From the sequence record DRR723986_9380: a DNA stretch of 64,000 nt; one strand, given 5' to 3'. The notes under the pieces are model-generated. The model did no database searches. It saw only the letters and a program-made list of their open reading frames with translations, and was not told the DNA's origin. This document shows positions 47,850-58,274 of this stretch, piece by piece; the stretch's first letter is position 1, and each line of letters starts with the position of its first letter. The position numbers and the translations under genes are program-made.

Positions 47850-48668
47850 TTATTTTATTAGAGTTCCATATTCTGTCCATGAGCCATCATAGACTACTAG
47901 GTTTTTTAAATTGCATTGGGTTGCTGCTAATGCTAAAATACATGCCGTAATACCAGAACCACAACTAAATACTAATGTTGTTTTATCTTCTACTAAAATA
48001 TTAAAGATTTCAGATAATTCTTCTTTAGTTTTTAATTTATTGCCATTTAGTAATTCTGTATAAGGTAAGTTTTTAGAATTTGGAATTGTACCACGTCGAA
48101 GTCCTAATCTAGGTTCATCCACCTCACAGTTGAAACGCTGTCGGGATCTTGCATCTAATATTTGAGTATCTGAGCGTTTGGAATAATCTTGTACACCATT
48201 AAAATTGGTCATTAAGGATAGTTGTTCTGAGGCTTCAAAATTACCTAAGACATATATCTCTGATGAATAATTTTCAATTTGAAAATCATTCGCAATCCAT
48301 TCAGGTAAACCACCATCTAAAACGGCTACATTTTCAAACCCAAATGTTTTGAATAACCACCAGGCTCTGGCACTTGAATAAATACCCTTATCGTCATATA
48401 CTATAATAACTGAATCTGAATTTATTCCAAACGAACGTACTTCTTTTTGAAACTGTTGCGTACTTGGTAATGTACTTGGAAATTCCGCTGCAACATCACT
48501 GAATTTCTGTTTTATATCAAAAAAGCGTGCATTTGGTATACGCTGAGAGTTATCATCAATATTTTTATTAATTGTACAATCTAATACAATTAATTTTTCG
48601 GCATCAGCATTAGTTTTGAGCTAATCAACCGACACTAGTGAGGTGTGTAAATTTGCTGCGTTTGGCAT
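47850..48668 (-). pseudogene. Two-domain rhodanese / 3-mercaptopyruvate sulfurtransferase (SseA-like) interrupted by TAG at codon 16
   Basis: From ATG 48668: MPNAANLHTSLVSVD*LKT…IPNARFFD…VYDDKGIYSSARAWW…LDGGLPEW, in frame with the track's 120-aa ORF (DARS…CGSGITAC…YDGSWTE). Confidence 0.85.
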
Positions 48669-48679
48669 GAGAGCAAAGG

Positions 48680-49717
48680 TTATGCCTCATCGACTGCTTT
48701 GCGCAGACGTGTTCGCCTGTCAAAAGCTTGCAGTTTATCCAATACTTTACTTTCTAAAAAGTCGATAACCTTTTCTTCAACCTTTTGTTTGTTTTTATAT
48801 ACTTTATTGATGTAAGTTATACCACCTGGTGACATTACGTTTACTTCCACTAATTTACCACCTATAACATCGATACCTACAAAATATAATCCGTCTTTAA
48901 CGAGCTTTGGTCCTATCTGCTTACACAATGCCTTTTCAGCTTTGGTAAGTGTGTGTTTGGCAATACTTCCGCCAGCTGAAACGTTTGAGCGATGATCATC
49001 ACTTCCAGGAATACGTCTCATGGCACCTACAGGTTCACCATTTAGTAATAATATTCTAACATCTCCTTGGTCTGCACCTTCAATATAGTCTTGTAAAATT
49101 ACATAGTTAGATTCGCCATCACCTGCACTGATGTAGAAATCTAAAAGGGAATTAATATTATTCATTGCTGATTTTTCAATCAGAATAACTCCAGAGCCAC
49201 CAAAACCATTCAATGGCTTTAGTATCATTTTGTCCGCTTTAGACTCCTTAATTTGCTGAACTAAATACTTTTTATTTTTAGACACATGTGTATTTGGTAT
49301 AATATTACTATGCGCATCTCCAAATGCTGCAGTATAAAGCTTGTTATTAGCTTCTCGCATACCTTGTAAGGAATTAATGATGAATACATCATCCTTCACA
49401 GAGTCCAGGAAATTAAGCATTAAAGGATCTAAAGGTGGATTAGCTCTAAAGAAAATTGCATCAAAACCAGCCAAAGGCAACATTTCTTCCCTTAATTTTG
49501 CCTTATTGTAAAAAGATTTTAGCGTAGAAGGTACTTTATCCATTCTCCCTATAACATTACAGAAAGCATTAGTAACACTATCTCTAATAGTTAAATTGGC
49601 AGGAGTACACATGGCTACTCCATGCCCTCTTTTAGCACATTCTTTAATTAAGGCCAAGCTTGTATCATTTTCAGGATCTATATTTTCCCAAGTATACATT
49701 ATAAAACATACATTCAT
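48680..49717 (-). CDS. Glutathione-synthetase-like (GshB-like) ATP-grasp ligase
   Basis: DTSLAL, FRANPPLD, KPLNGFGGSG, QDYI…GDVRI, RSNVSAGG and GIDVIG…EVNVMSPG. Symbol withheld because the substrate is doubtful. Confidence 0.88.
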   Translation of the reverse strand: MNVCFIMYTWENIDPENDTSLALIKECAKRGHGVAMCTPANLTIRDSVTNAFCNVIGRMDKVPSTLKSFYNKAKLREEMLPLAGFDAIFFRANPPLDPLMLNFLDSVKDDVFIINSLQGMREANNKLYTAAFGDAHSNIIPNTHVSKNKKYLVQQIKESKADKMILKPLNGFGGSGVILIEKSAMNNINSLLDFYISAGDGESNYVILQDYIEGADQGDVRILLLNGEPVGAMRRIPGSDDHRSNVSAGGSIAKHTLTKAEKALCKQIGPKLVKDGLYFVGIDVIGGKLVEVNVMSPGGITYINKVYKNKQKVEEKVIDFLESKVLDKLQAFDRRTRLRKAVDEA

Positions 49718-49782
49718 AATACTGTTGTTATGGTTGGTTTCAGTATTCTAAAAATACTATTTTTTTGTAATTAGTAATCCTG

Positions 49783-51108
49783 TTATTTTACTTCTTCATA
49801 GTGATCGTCCCAATGTTTTGGTTTTGGCTCACCTAATTTACCAACAGACTTAGCTACAAGCATAGATACTGTTGCATCACCAGTAACATTAATAACGGTT
49901 CTGCACATGTCTAAAGGTCTGTCTACTGCAAAAATCAGAGCTAAACCAATCGCTAACTTATCTGCTGGGAATCCTATAGCTTCAAGTACAATAACCAACA
50001 TTACCATTCCAGCACCAGGTACAGCAGCACTTCCTATTGATGCCAATAATGCGGTTAGGACAATGATTAACTGATCCGCAAACGTTAGGTCAAAACCTAA
50101 GGCCTGAGCAATAAAAACTGCTGCTACAGCTTGGTACAAGCTTGTTCCATCCATATTGATAGTGGCGCCAACAGGCAAGACAAAACTTGATACTTCTTTA
50201 TCTACACCAATGTGCTCTTCAACCCTTTCCATTGTTACAGGTAATGTTGCCGCGCTACTACTTGTTGAAAATGCTAGTAATTGCGCTGGACTAATTTGCT
50301 GTAAAAACCACAACGGATTCTTCTTAGTTATAGTACCAACTATTATGAGGTAAAATACTACCATTAATACTAATCCGATTAGAACTGTTATTGAATAATA
50401 GAGTAAAGCATATAATAAATCCGGATCACCAGATGATACTACCACATTAGCCAATAAAGCAAATACCGCAACTGGTGCTGTAAGCATTATTAAATCTACC
50501 ATCTTAAGAACAACATCATTTAAGGAATCAAATATGTCCTTTAACGGTTTTGCTTTTTCCTCACCAATTAATAACATTGAAATACCTAAGAATATGGCAA
50601 AGAATATCACCTGAAGCATTAGTTTGTTATTACTTAAAGCTGTAAATACGTTCTCAGGAACCATATCTACTAAAAACTGCATTGGACTGCCTTCTTTCTG
50701 CTTTATGGCTTCAGTTATTTTTCCTTGTACACTACTATCATTAGCATAAGTCTCAGTGAGTTTTGCAATAGTTTCATCTGATACTCCATCACCTGGTTGT
50801 AAAACGTTAACTAACAATAATCCTATAGTTATCGCAATTACTGTGGTGCATACATAAATTAGAATTGTTCTAATACCTATGTTGGCAAACTTGGAAATGT
50901 CCTTTAAATCTGAAATTCCTTTAATCAATGACGCTAATATCAATGGAATTGCAATTAACTTTAAGAGTTTTACAAAAATAGTTCCAGCCCAGTTTATCCA
51001 CCGATTTACAAATTCCGGACCACCATCTACCTGCAGCATTATAAAACCAAATGCTACACCAAGTAGCATTCCTATTAATATTTTCCAATGTAATGCGAGT
51101 TTTTTCAT
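49783..51108 (-). CDS. Dicarboxylate/amino acid:cation symporter (GltP/DctA family)
   Basis: AFSTSSSAATLP, LPVGATINMDG, ASIGSAAVPGAG and DRPLDMCRTVINVTGD. Confidence 0.95.
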   Translation of the reverse strand: MKKLALHWKILIGMLLGVAFGFIMLQVDGGPEFVNRWINWAGTIFVKLLKLIAIPLILASLIKGISDLKDISKFANIGIRTILIYVCTTVIAITIGLLLVNVLQPGDGVSDETIAKLTETYANDSSVQGKITEAIKQKEGSPMQFLVDMVPENVFTALSNNKLMLQVIFFAIFLGISMLLIGEEKAKPLKDIFDSLNDVVLKMVDLIMLTAPVAVFALLANVVVSSGDPDLLYALLYYSITVLIGLVLMVVFYLIIVGTITKKNPLWFLQQISPAQLLAFSTSSSAATLPVTMERVEEHIGVDKEVSSFVLPVGATINMDGTSLYQAVAAVFIAQALGFDLTFADQLIIVLTALLASIGSAAVPGAGMVMLVIVLEAIGFPADKLAIGLALIFAVDRPLDMCRTVINVTGDATVSMLVAKSVGKLGEPKPKHWDDHYEEVK

Positions 51109-51159
51109 AGGTTATTTTTAAAGTTCTACAAGTAATATAATGTTAGTCTTGCGTTATAA

Positions 51160-52230
51160 TTACCAATCTTTAGATTCTTGACGTCTCAGTAGCATATAGT
51201 CCGTCATAACTAAAGCTGCCATAGCTTCGACAATAGGCACAGCTCTTGGGACAACACAAGGATCGTGTCTGCCTTTACCTTGCATTTCTACAGTATCACC
51301 AGAACTATTTATTGTTTCTTGTTTCTGAAGTGTTGTAGCGACCGGTTTAAAAGCGACATTAAAATATATATCCATGCCATTACTTATACCACCTTGTACT
51401 CCACCAGATCTATTGGTTTTGGTAGTACCGTCTTCATTAAATTTATCATTGTGTACACTGCCAAGCATTTTTGAACCCTCAAAACCACTACCATACTCAA
51501 ATCCTTTTACAGCATTTATAGATAACATAGCCTTTCCCAATTCAGCATGTAATTTATCAAATACAGGTTCACCTAAACCAGCTGGAACATTCTTTATAAC
51601 ACAAGTAATTACACCACCAATTGTATCTCCTTGCTTTTTCACTTCGTTAATACGATTAATCATTTTATCAGCTGTGTCCTTGTCTGGACAACGAATTACA
51701 TTCGATTCAATAAGATCAAAATCTAAATCATGATACGGTTTATCTAAACTAATGTCACCAACAGCAGACGTAAAAGCATTTATTTTCATTGAAACTAAGA
51801 ACTGTTTTGCAATAGCACCTGCTACCACTCTACTAGCTGTTTCTCTTGCAGAACTTCTTCCACCACCTCTGTAATCTCTCACACCATACTTTTTATCATA
51901 AGTAAAATCTGCATGACTAGGTCTGTACACATCTTTTATATGAGAATAATCTTTAGATTTTTGATTGGTGTTATGAATTACAAACCCAATCGGTGTGCCA
52001 GTTGTTTCACCTTCAAAAATTCCAGAGTAAAATTCTACTGTATCTGGTTCTTTTCGTTGTGTCACTATCTTAGATTGTCCTGGTTTACGACGATTCATCT
52101 CATTTTGAATAGCTTCAAAATCTAACTTTATACCAGCTGGACAGCCATCTAAAATACCACCAATTGCTGGTCCATGAGATTCACCAAAAGTGGTGAGTTT
52201 AAATAATTTTCCAAAGGAATTTCCTGCCAT
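51160..52230 (-). CDS. aroC: Chorismate synthase
   Basis: TFGESHG, RPSHAD, RSSARET, GGISNG and GRHDPCV. Confidence 0.98.
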   Translation of the reverse strand: MAGNSFGKLFKLTTFGESHGPAIGGILDGCPAGIKLDFEAIQNEMNRRKPGQSKIVTQRKEPDTVEFYSGIFEGETTGTPIGFVIHNTNQKSKDYSHIKDVYRPSHADFTYDKKYGVRDYRGGGRSSARETASRVVAGAIAKQFLVSMKINAFTSAVGDISLDKPYHDLDFDLIESNVIRCPDKDTADKMINRINEVKKQGDTIGGVITCVIKNVPAGLGEPVFDKLHAELGKAMLSINAVKGFEYGSGFEGSKMLGSVHNDKFNEDGTTKTNRSGGVQGGISNGMDIYFNVAFKPVATTLQKQETINSSGDTVEMQGKGRHDPCVVPRAVPIVEAMAALVMTDYMLLRRQESKDW

Positions 52231-52278
52231 TTAAACAATTTTTATGCTAATGTAATTGTATTATAAGAGAAACAAAAA

Positions 52279-55209
52279 TCAAATGAGAGCTTCTTTAAGA
52301 ATCGTTATTGGATGTTTCGCTGTTTTACCAGTGCCATCTTTAATCTGATGTCTACAACTTGTACCATTGGCAGCAATAATAGTGTCTTCTGAAGCCTTAC
52401 GTATTGCAGGGAATAGAGTTTGTTCCCCAATTTGCATGCTAATATCATAATGCTCTTTCTCAAATCCAAAACTACCTGCCATACCGCAGCATCCACTAGG
52501 AATAATAGTTACTTTATAATTTACGGGAAGATTTAATACATCAAAGCTAGACTTTTGATTGGCCAATGCTTTTTGATGACAATGCCCATGATACTTTATG
52601 GTTTTATGTTCTGATGTAAATTGGTCTGACTTAATATTACCTAACTCTATTTCTTGTTGAATGAATTCTTCAATTAATAAAGTGTGATTAGCTATTGTTG
52701 CTGCAGCGTCCTTATCATCAGACAATTTAAGATATTCATCTTTAAAAGTGAGAATGGCTGAAGGCTCAATACCTATTAATTTTCTATCACAATTAACTTT
52801 ATCTTTTAAGTACCTAATATTACTATTAGCTACTTGTTTAGCTTCTTCAAGAAATCCTTTTGAAATAAATGTTCTTCCGCTTTCTAAGTTATTAATTATA
52901 AGTGTATTATAACCCAATTTATTAAGTAAAAGTTTAGAATCTTTAGCTATAGTAGAATCTAAATAATTAGTGAATTCGTCAATAAATAGAAACACAGTCT
53001 TTACAGTATCTACTAATGGAATATCTTCATTTATCCAACCTGTATCAGGATGTAATTTGGCATACGATTTTAAAACTAATGGAAAGCTCCGTTTTGGATG
53101 AATGCCATATATAAGCTTTATTAATTTTGAAATAAACTTAGTTTGAAACATACCATTAAAAAACCAAGGATTCAATGACGCTATTTTATTGTATCTAGTA
53201 GCATTTGCAAAGAACTTATCCTTAAATTTAAAACCATTAGTTTTTTGATACTGATATTGAAATTCTGCTTTTAAACTTGCCACATCAACACTACTAGGGC
53301 ATTCACTAGCACATGCTTTACAACTAAGACACAGATCAAAAACATCTTTAAGTTCTTCATGATTAAATTTATTGGATTTATCAGAATTGGTTAAGTACTC
53401 ACGTAAGGCATTGGCTCTTGCCCTTGTAGTATCTTTTTCATTACGGGTTGCTCTATAACTTGGACACATGGCCCCACCAAACTCAGGTAATTTTCTACAA
53501 TCACCAGAGCCATTACACTTTTCTGCTTCTCTTAATATACCTAAAGAAGCCGAAAAGTCTAATACAGTTTCTATTTCTGGTATCGTGTGACCTGACTCAT
53601 AACGTAAGTTTTTATCCATAGAATAAGCATCTACTATTTTTCCAGGATTAAAAATGTTATCAGGGTCGAAAGCCGCTTTAATTTTTCTAATAATTTCATA
53701 ATTAGCTTTTCCTGTCATCATGGGAATAAATTCAGCACGTACAATGCCATCTCCATGTTCTCCAGACATTGAGCCATTATATTTTTTAACCAAATTTGCT
53801 ACGTCTGTCGTTATTTTTCTGAATAACACCACATCTTCAGACTGCTTTAAATCTAGAATTGGTCTTAGGTGAAGCTCACCAGCACCAGCATGAGCATAAT
53901 AAACTGCTTTTTGATTGTAACTAGTCATTAAAGCTGTAAATTCAGAGATATAAGCATCTAAATCATTTATAGCAACTGCTGTATCTTCAATACAGGCTAC
54001 TGCCTTTTTATCACCTATAATGTTTCCAAGTAAACCAAGACCTGCTTTACGCAGTTCTAATGCCTTATTAATGTCATCTCCTCTTAGAATTGGTGCCGCA
54101 TAACTTAAATTTAATTTTATGATAGTATCCTTAAACTGATCTATTTGTTCCTCAAGGCAAGAAGGTGAATCTGCTTTTAATTCACACATTAAAATAGCCA
54201 CAGGCTTTCCTTCTATAAACTGTCTGTTTTCTTGTTGTGTTTTGTTATGCTTTGTGAGATCTAAAATGGAATCATCCATCATTTCACATGTGTGCAAATT
54301 ATGCGTCATAATTGTAGCCACAGATTGTAAACATTTCTCTACACTTTCAAAATGCATAGCAATCATAGCGCTTTCTGTTGGTGGTAATCTATCTAATTGA
54401 AGTGTTATTTCTGTTGTAAAGGCAAGTGTTCCTTCACTGCCTGCTAATAGCTGACACATATTAAAGGAATCTTGAGAAGACGTATTAAATACTTTTGTTT
54501 TAATCAGCTCATCAATGGCATAGCCTGTATTTCGCCTATGTATTTCTGGTTTTGGGAAATTGTCAAATATTTGTTTCTGAACTTCTTCTGATTTTAATGC
54601 ATTAAAAACAGTTCGATAGATGTCACCTTCTAGTGTCTGCAACTTTAATTTATCATTAAATTCTTTATTTGTGATAGTGTTGAATTCCACTTCACTTCCG
54701 TCACTAAGTATGGTCTTTAAGCTTAATACTTTATCTCGCGTTACACCATATTGTATTGATGTTGTGCCAGAAGAGTTATTACCAACCATACCACCAATCA
54801 TACAACGATTAGATGTCGATGTATTTGGTCCAAAAAAAAGTCCAAAAGGTTTTAAATAATTATTAAGCTCATCTCTTACCACACCTGGCTGAACTGTAAC
54901 TGTCTGTTCAGTTTCATTTACATTTAGTATCTTGGTAAAGTTTTTAGATACATCTACAACAATCCCTTCACCTACACATTGACCTGCTAAAGATGTGCCA
55001 GCAGTTCTGGGAATTAATGAGGTCTTATGTTTAGTGGCAAAATGAATAAGAAGCTTTATATCGTCACTATTCTTAGGCAATGCAACAGCTAATGGTAATT
55101 TTCTGTAAACTGAAGCATCAGTAGCATATAGCTTTCGCATTAAATCATCAAAATACAATTCGCCTTCAAGCTGAGATTTTAAATGTTGTAATGCTTTTCT
55201 TTGAATCAT
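52279..55209 (-). CDS. FAD-binding and (4Fe-4S)/CCG-domain oxidoreductase (YdiJ/GlcD-GlcF fusion type)
   Basis: YATDASVY, GTSLAGQ, GSEGTL, GEHGDG, CNGSGDC, CLSCKACASECP, HGHCHQ and CCGMAG. Confidence 0.93.
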   Translation of the reverse strand: MIQRKALQHLKSQLEGELYFDDLMRKLYATDASVYRKLPLAVALPKNSDDIKLLIHFATKHKTSLIPRTAGTSLAGQCVGEGIVVDVSKNFTKILNVNETEQTVTVQPGVVRDELNNYLKPFGLFFGPNTSTSNRCMIGGMVGNNSSGTTSIQYGVTRDKVLSLKTILSDGSEVEFNTITNKEFNDKLKLQTLEGDIYRTVFNALKSEEVQKQIFDNFPKPEIHRRNTGYAIDELIKTKVFNTSSQDSFNMCQLLAGSEGTLAFTTEITLQLDRLPPTESAMIAMHFESVEKCLQSVATIMTHNLHTCEMMDDSILDLTKHNKTQQENRQFIEGKPVAILMCELKADSPSCLEEQIDQFKDTIIKLNLSYAAPILRGDDINKALELRKAGLGLLGNIIGDKKAVACIEDTAVAINDLDAYISEFTALMTSYNQKAVYYAHAGAGELHLRPILDLKQSEDVVLFRKITTDVANLVKKYNGSMSGEHGDGIVRAEFIPMMTGKANYEIIRKIKAAFDPDNIFNPGKIVDAYSMDKNLRYESGHTIPEIETVLDFSASLGILREAEKCNGSGDCRKLPEFGGAMCPSYRATRNEKDTTRARANALREYLTNSDKSNKFNHEELKDVFDLCLSCKACASECPSSVDVASLKAEFQYQYQKTNGFKFKDKFFANATRYNKIASLNPWFFNGMFQTKFISKLIKLIYGIHPKRSFPLVLKSYAKLHPDTGWINEDIPLVDTVKTVFLFIDEFTNYLDSTIAKDSKLLLNKLGYNTLIINNLESGRTFISKGFLEEAKQVANSNIRYLKDKVNCDRKLIGIEPSAILTFKDEYLKLSDDKDAAATIANHTLLIEEFIQQEIELGNIKSDQFTSEHKTIKYHGHCHQKALANQKSSFDVLNLPVNYKVTIIPSGCCGMAGSFGFEKEHYDISMQIGEQTLFPAIRKASEDTIIAANGTSCRHQIKDGTGKTAKHPITILKEALI

Positions 55210-55313
55210 CAATGACTAAATATGCTCGTAAAACTATAAAGAATTCTAATATAAAATTAGTTTTGGCGTTATTTTTGTAAAGTTTATTCCATTCAATTAA
55301 AAAACGTAACATT

Positions 55314-55790
55314 ATGAAGAAATTAGTTTTAGCTACATTGGTTTTAGTAGCAGGATTTACAAGCTTAAACGCACAAGAAATTGCAGATAATGCCATTGGC
55401 TTAAGACTTGGAGCCAGTGATGGATTTGGCACAGAGATATCTTACCTACGTGCCTTAGGAGATAATAATAGGTTAGAAATTGATTTAGGATGGAAAAGCG
55501 ATAATGATTTTAACGCTTATCGTATAACTGGTCTGTACCAATGGGTTTGGGAGCTAGACGGAAATTTTAATTGGTACGCTGGTGCTGGTGGAGGTTTAGC
55601 ATCTTACAGTTTTGATAGTAGCATAATTGATGATGAATCTTATCTCTTTATAGCTGGTGATATTGGTATTGAATATAGATTTGACATACCATTATTACTA
55701 TCCTTAGACGTACGACCAGAAATTGGCATTGGAGACTTTAATAATGAACTAGATTTTGATGTTGCCCTTGGTATTAGGTATCAATTCTAA
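55314..55790 (+). CDS. Small outer-membrane beta-barrel protein
   Basis: Signal peptide, alternating beta-strands and C-terminal LGIRYQF. Confidence 0.85.
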   Translation: MKKLVLATLVLVAGFTSLNAQEIADNAIGLRLGASDGFGTEISYLRALGDNNRLEIDLGWKSDNDFNAYRITGLYQWVWELDGNFNWYAGAGGGLASYSFDSSIIDDESYLFIAGDIGIEYRFDIPLLLSLDVRPEIGIGDFNNELDFDVALGIRYQF

Positions 55791-55810
55791 AATAATAACA
55801 CATTTAAAAG

Positions 55811-55835
55811 GCCACCATTAATAGGTGGTTTTTTT
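55811..55835 (+). terminator. Intrinsic terminator
   Basis: GCCACC-attaata-GGTGGT followed by a T-run. Confidence 0.8.
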
Positions 55836-55908
55836 ATGATTTTTTATTAAACATTAAGCCATAAAATTTCCTTAATTTTGCACAGCTAAAAACTAAAAAT
55901 TCATACTT

Positions 55909-56991
55909 ATGAAAGATACTGCGTTGAGTTCTACACACATCGAATTAGGTGCTAAAATGGTGCCATTTGCAGGCTATAATATGCCTGTACAATACGAAGG
56001 CGTTAATATTGAGCACGAGACAGTGCGGAATGCTGTAGGTGTTTTTGATGTGTCGCACATGGGTGAGTTTCTTATTGAAGGTCCGAACGCTTTAGAATTA
56101 ATTCAGAAAGTATCTAGTAATGATGCCTCTAAATTAGAGGTTGGTAAGGCTCAATATAGTTGCTTACCAAATGATGATGGTGGAATTGTAGATGATTTAA
56201 TTATTTACAAAATAAAGGATGAGACATACCTTTTAGTAGTTAATGCTAGTAATATTGAAAAAGATTGGAATTGGATAAAGTCTAAGAATGATGTAGGTGC
56301 AGACATGCGCGATTTAAGTGAAGATTATTCATTATTAGCTATACAAGGCCCAAAAGCTGTAGAAGCCATGCAATCCTTGTCTAGTCATGATTTGTCAGCA
56401 ATTAAGTTCTACAATTTTATAGTTGGTGACTTTGCAGGTATAGACCATGTTATAATTTCAGCGACTGGTTATACTGGTAGTGGTGGTTTTGAAATTTATT
56501 GCAAAAACTCAGAAGTAAAACAAATTTGGGATAAAGTATTAGAAGTAGGTGTAGATTATGGTATAAAACCAATAGGATTGGCTGCAAGAGACACATTACG
56601 CTTAGAAATGGGTTATTGCCTTTACGGGAATGATATTGATGATACTACATCTCCGATAGAAGCTGGTTTAAGTTGGATTTGTAAATTCAATAAATCGTTT
56701 ACAAATAGCGAAGCCCTTAAAGACGAAAAAGAACGTACACCAGAACGCAAATTAGTGGCCTTTAAAATGGATGAGCGTGGCATACCAAGACAAGGTTACT
56801 ATATTGTTGATAGCAGTGGAAAAACTATTGGCAATGTAACTTCAGGCACTATGAGCCCTAGCTTAGGAGAAGGTATTGGTCTGGGTTATGTACCAACTGT
56901 CTTTTCTAAAGTAGATAGCAAAATTAATATTCAGGTTAGAAAAAAAGTCATTCCTGCTACTGTTATAAAATTACCATTTTACAAAGGCTAA
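55909..56991 (+). CDS. gcvT: Glycine cleavage system aminomethyltransferase T
   Basis: [30 protein letters not shown] and [21 protein letters not shown] promoter at 55873-55880. Confidence 0.97.
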   Translation: MKDTALSSTHIELGAKMVPFAGYNMPVQYEGVNIEHETVRNAVGVFDVSHMGEFLIEGPNALELIQKVSSNDASKLEVGKAQYSCLPNDDGGIVDDLIIYKIKDETYLLVVNASNIEKDWNWIKSKNDVGADMRDLSEDYSLLAIQGPKAVEAMQSLSSHDLSAIKFYNFIVGDFAGIDHVIISATGYTGSGGFEIYCKNSEVKQIWDKVLEVGVDYGIKPIGLAARDTLRLEMGYCLYGNDIDDTTSPIEAGLSWICKFNKSFTNSEALKDEKERTPERKLVAFKMDERGIPRQGYYIVDSSGKTIGNVTSGTMSPSLGEGIGLGYVPTVFSKVDSKINIQVRKKVIPATVIKLPFYKG

Positions 56992-57013
56992 TAGTGTTGA
57001 AGACGATTGATTA

Positions 57014-57844
57014 ATGAAGCGGAACTTAAACAAACATCGTATACTTATTTTAGGTGGTAGTGGTTATTTAGGCAATGCCATTTATAAAGAATTAGGACCC
57101 TATTTTAGAACTTTTGCAACCTTCAGAACTCCTAAAAGAGAGTTTCAATCAAACAGGCAATTTTTTCAGTACAATGTTGAAGAAGATGATGTTTACGAAA
57201 TTTTAGAAGCATGTAAACCATCTGTTATTATTTCTTCCTTACGAGGTGATTTCCATGCACAGACTATAGCGCATCAGCATATCGCAGAATATGCATTAGA
57301 ACATGGCAGCAAAATCATCTTTCTATCTTCTGCCAATGCATTTGACGCCTATAGTAAATATCCAAGTTATGAGCTCGACAAAACTTTAAGCCATAGTATT
57401 TACGGTCATTTTAAAATAAAAATCGAAAACATGCTATTACGCTTACCTAAAAAGCAAGTAGCTGTATTGCGTTTACCCATGGTATTTGGTGCTAAATGCC
57501 CTAGAATTCAAGAAATAAAACAACTCATTTCTGAAAATGAATCTGTTGAAATATTTCCAAACCTCATAATGAATGTCACCTTAGATAAAAAGGTAACTCA
57601 ACAGATTCATTATATTATTAATCGAAATAAGTTTGGCATTTTTCATTTAGGTAGCACTGATTTGGTGCATCATGATGAATTTGTTAGAGACATATTATCA
57701 TTTATCACTAAAAAGAAAGTTTCTATTAAACAGGTGTATACCACAAATGAAGATCGTTATTTAGCGGTGTTACCAAAGTTTAATAAATTACCTAAGCATC
57801 TGCAAATTACCAGTCAGTATGTACTAGAAGAATTACAAAAATGA
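57014..57844 (+). CDS. RmlD-like NAD(P)-binding sugar-nucleotide reductase family protein
   Basis: ILGGSGYLG Rossmann motif, FLSSANAFD, YGHFK (YxxxK) and LRLPMVFG. Confidence 0.8.
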   Translation: MKRNLNKHRILILGGSGYLGNAIYKELGPYFRTFATFRTPKREFQSNRQFFQYNVEEDDVYEILEACKPSVIISSLRGDFHAQTIAHQHIAEYALEHGSKIIFLSSANAFDAYSKYPSYELDKTLSHSIYGHFKIKIENMLLRLPKKQVAVLRLPMVFGAKCPRIQEIKQLISENESVEIFPNLIMNVTLDKKVTQQIHYIINRNKFGIFHLGSTDLVHHDEFVRDILSFITKKKVSIKQVYTTNEDRYLAVLPKFNKLPKHLQITSQYVLEELQK

Positions 57845-57966
57845 GAATCGTTAAGTTTTAGCTTTAGGTCTCTTATCTTCATTTTATCTGTAATTCTATC
57901 ATCAAAGCGTTTTAGTTTGTTCCCTTAAATCTAATTTCATAAATTTCCACTAATCAAAATATATTT

Positions 57967-58254
57967 ATGAAGTTAGACGAATCTACTATAGAAAAGAAAT
58001 TATTACGTTTTCCTGACTGGGAATATCACAAAGATGCTATACATGCCGAATTTGAATTTGACAATTTTAAAGATTGTTTTAGTGCTATGAGCCGTATTGC
58101 ATTTGAGTGTGAAGCTTTGAATCATCATCCGGATTGGAGTAATGTATACAACATACTTAAAATTTCTCTTTCTACACATGATGTTGGTGGTGTCTCTGAA
58201 AAGGATTTTAAATTAGCTGCTGCCATTGAAGTTATTGTAGAAGTCGAAGAATAA
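57967..58254 (+). CDS. Pterin-4-alpha-carbinolamine dehydratase
   Basis: NHHPDWSNVYN…STHDVGGVSEKDF. Confidence 0.93.
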   Translation: MKLDESTIEKKLLRFPDWEYHKDAIHAEFEFDNFKDCFSAMSRIAFECEALNHHPDWSNVYNILKISLSTHDVGGVSEKDFKLAAAIEVIVEVEE

Positions 58255-58274
58255 CAAACGACGACGAAACGTAC

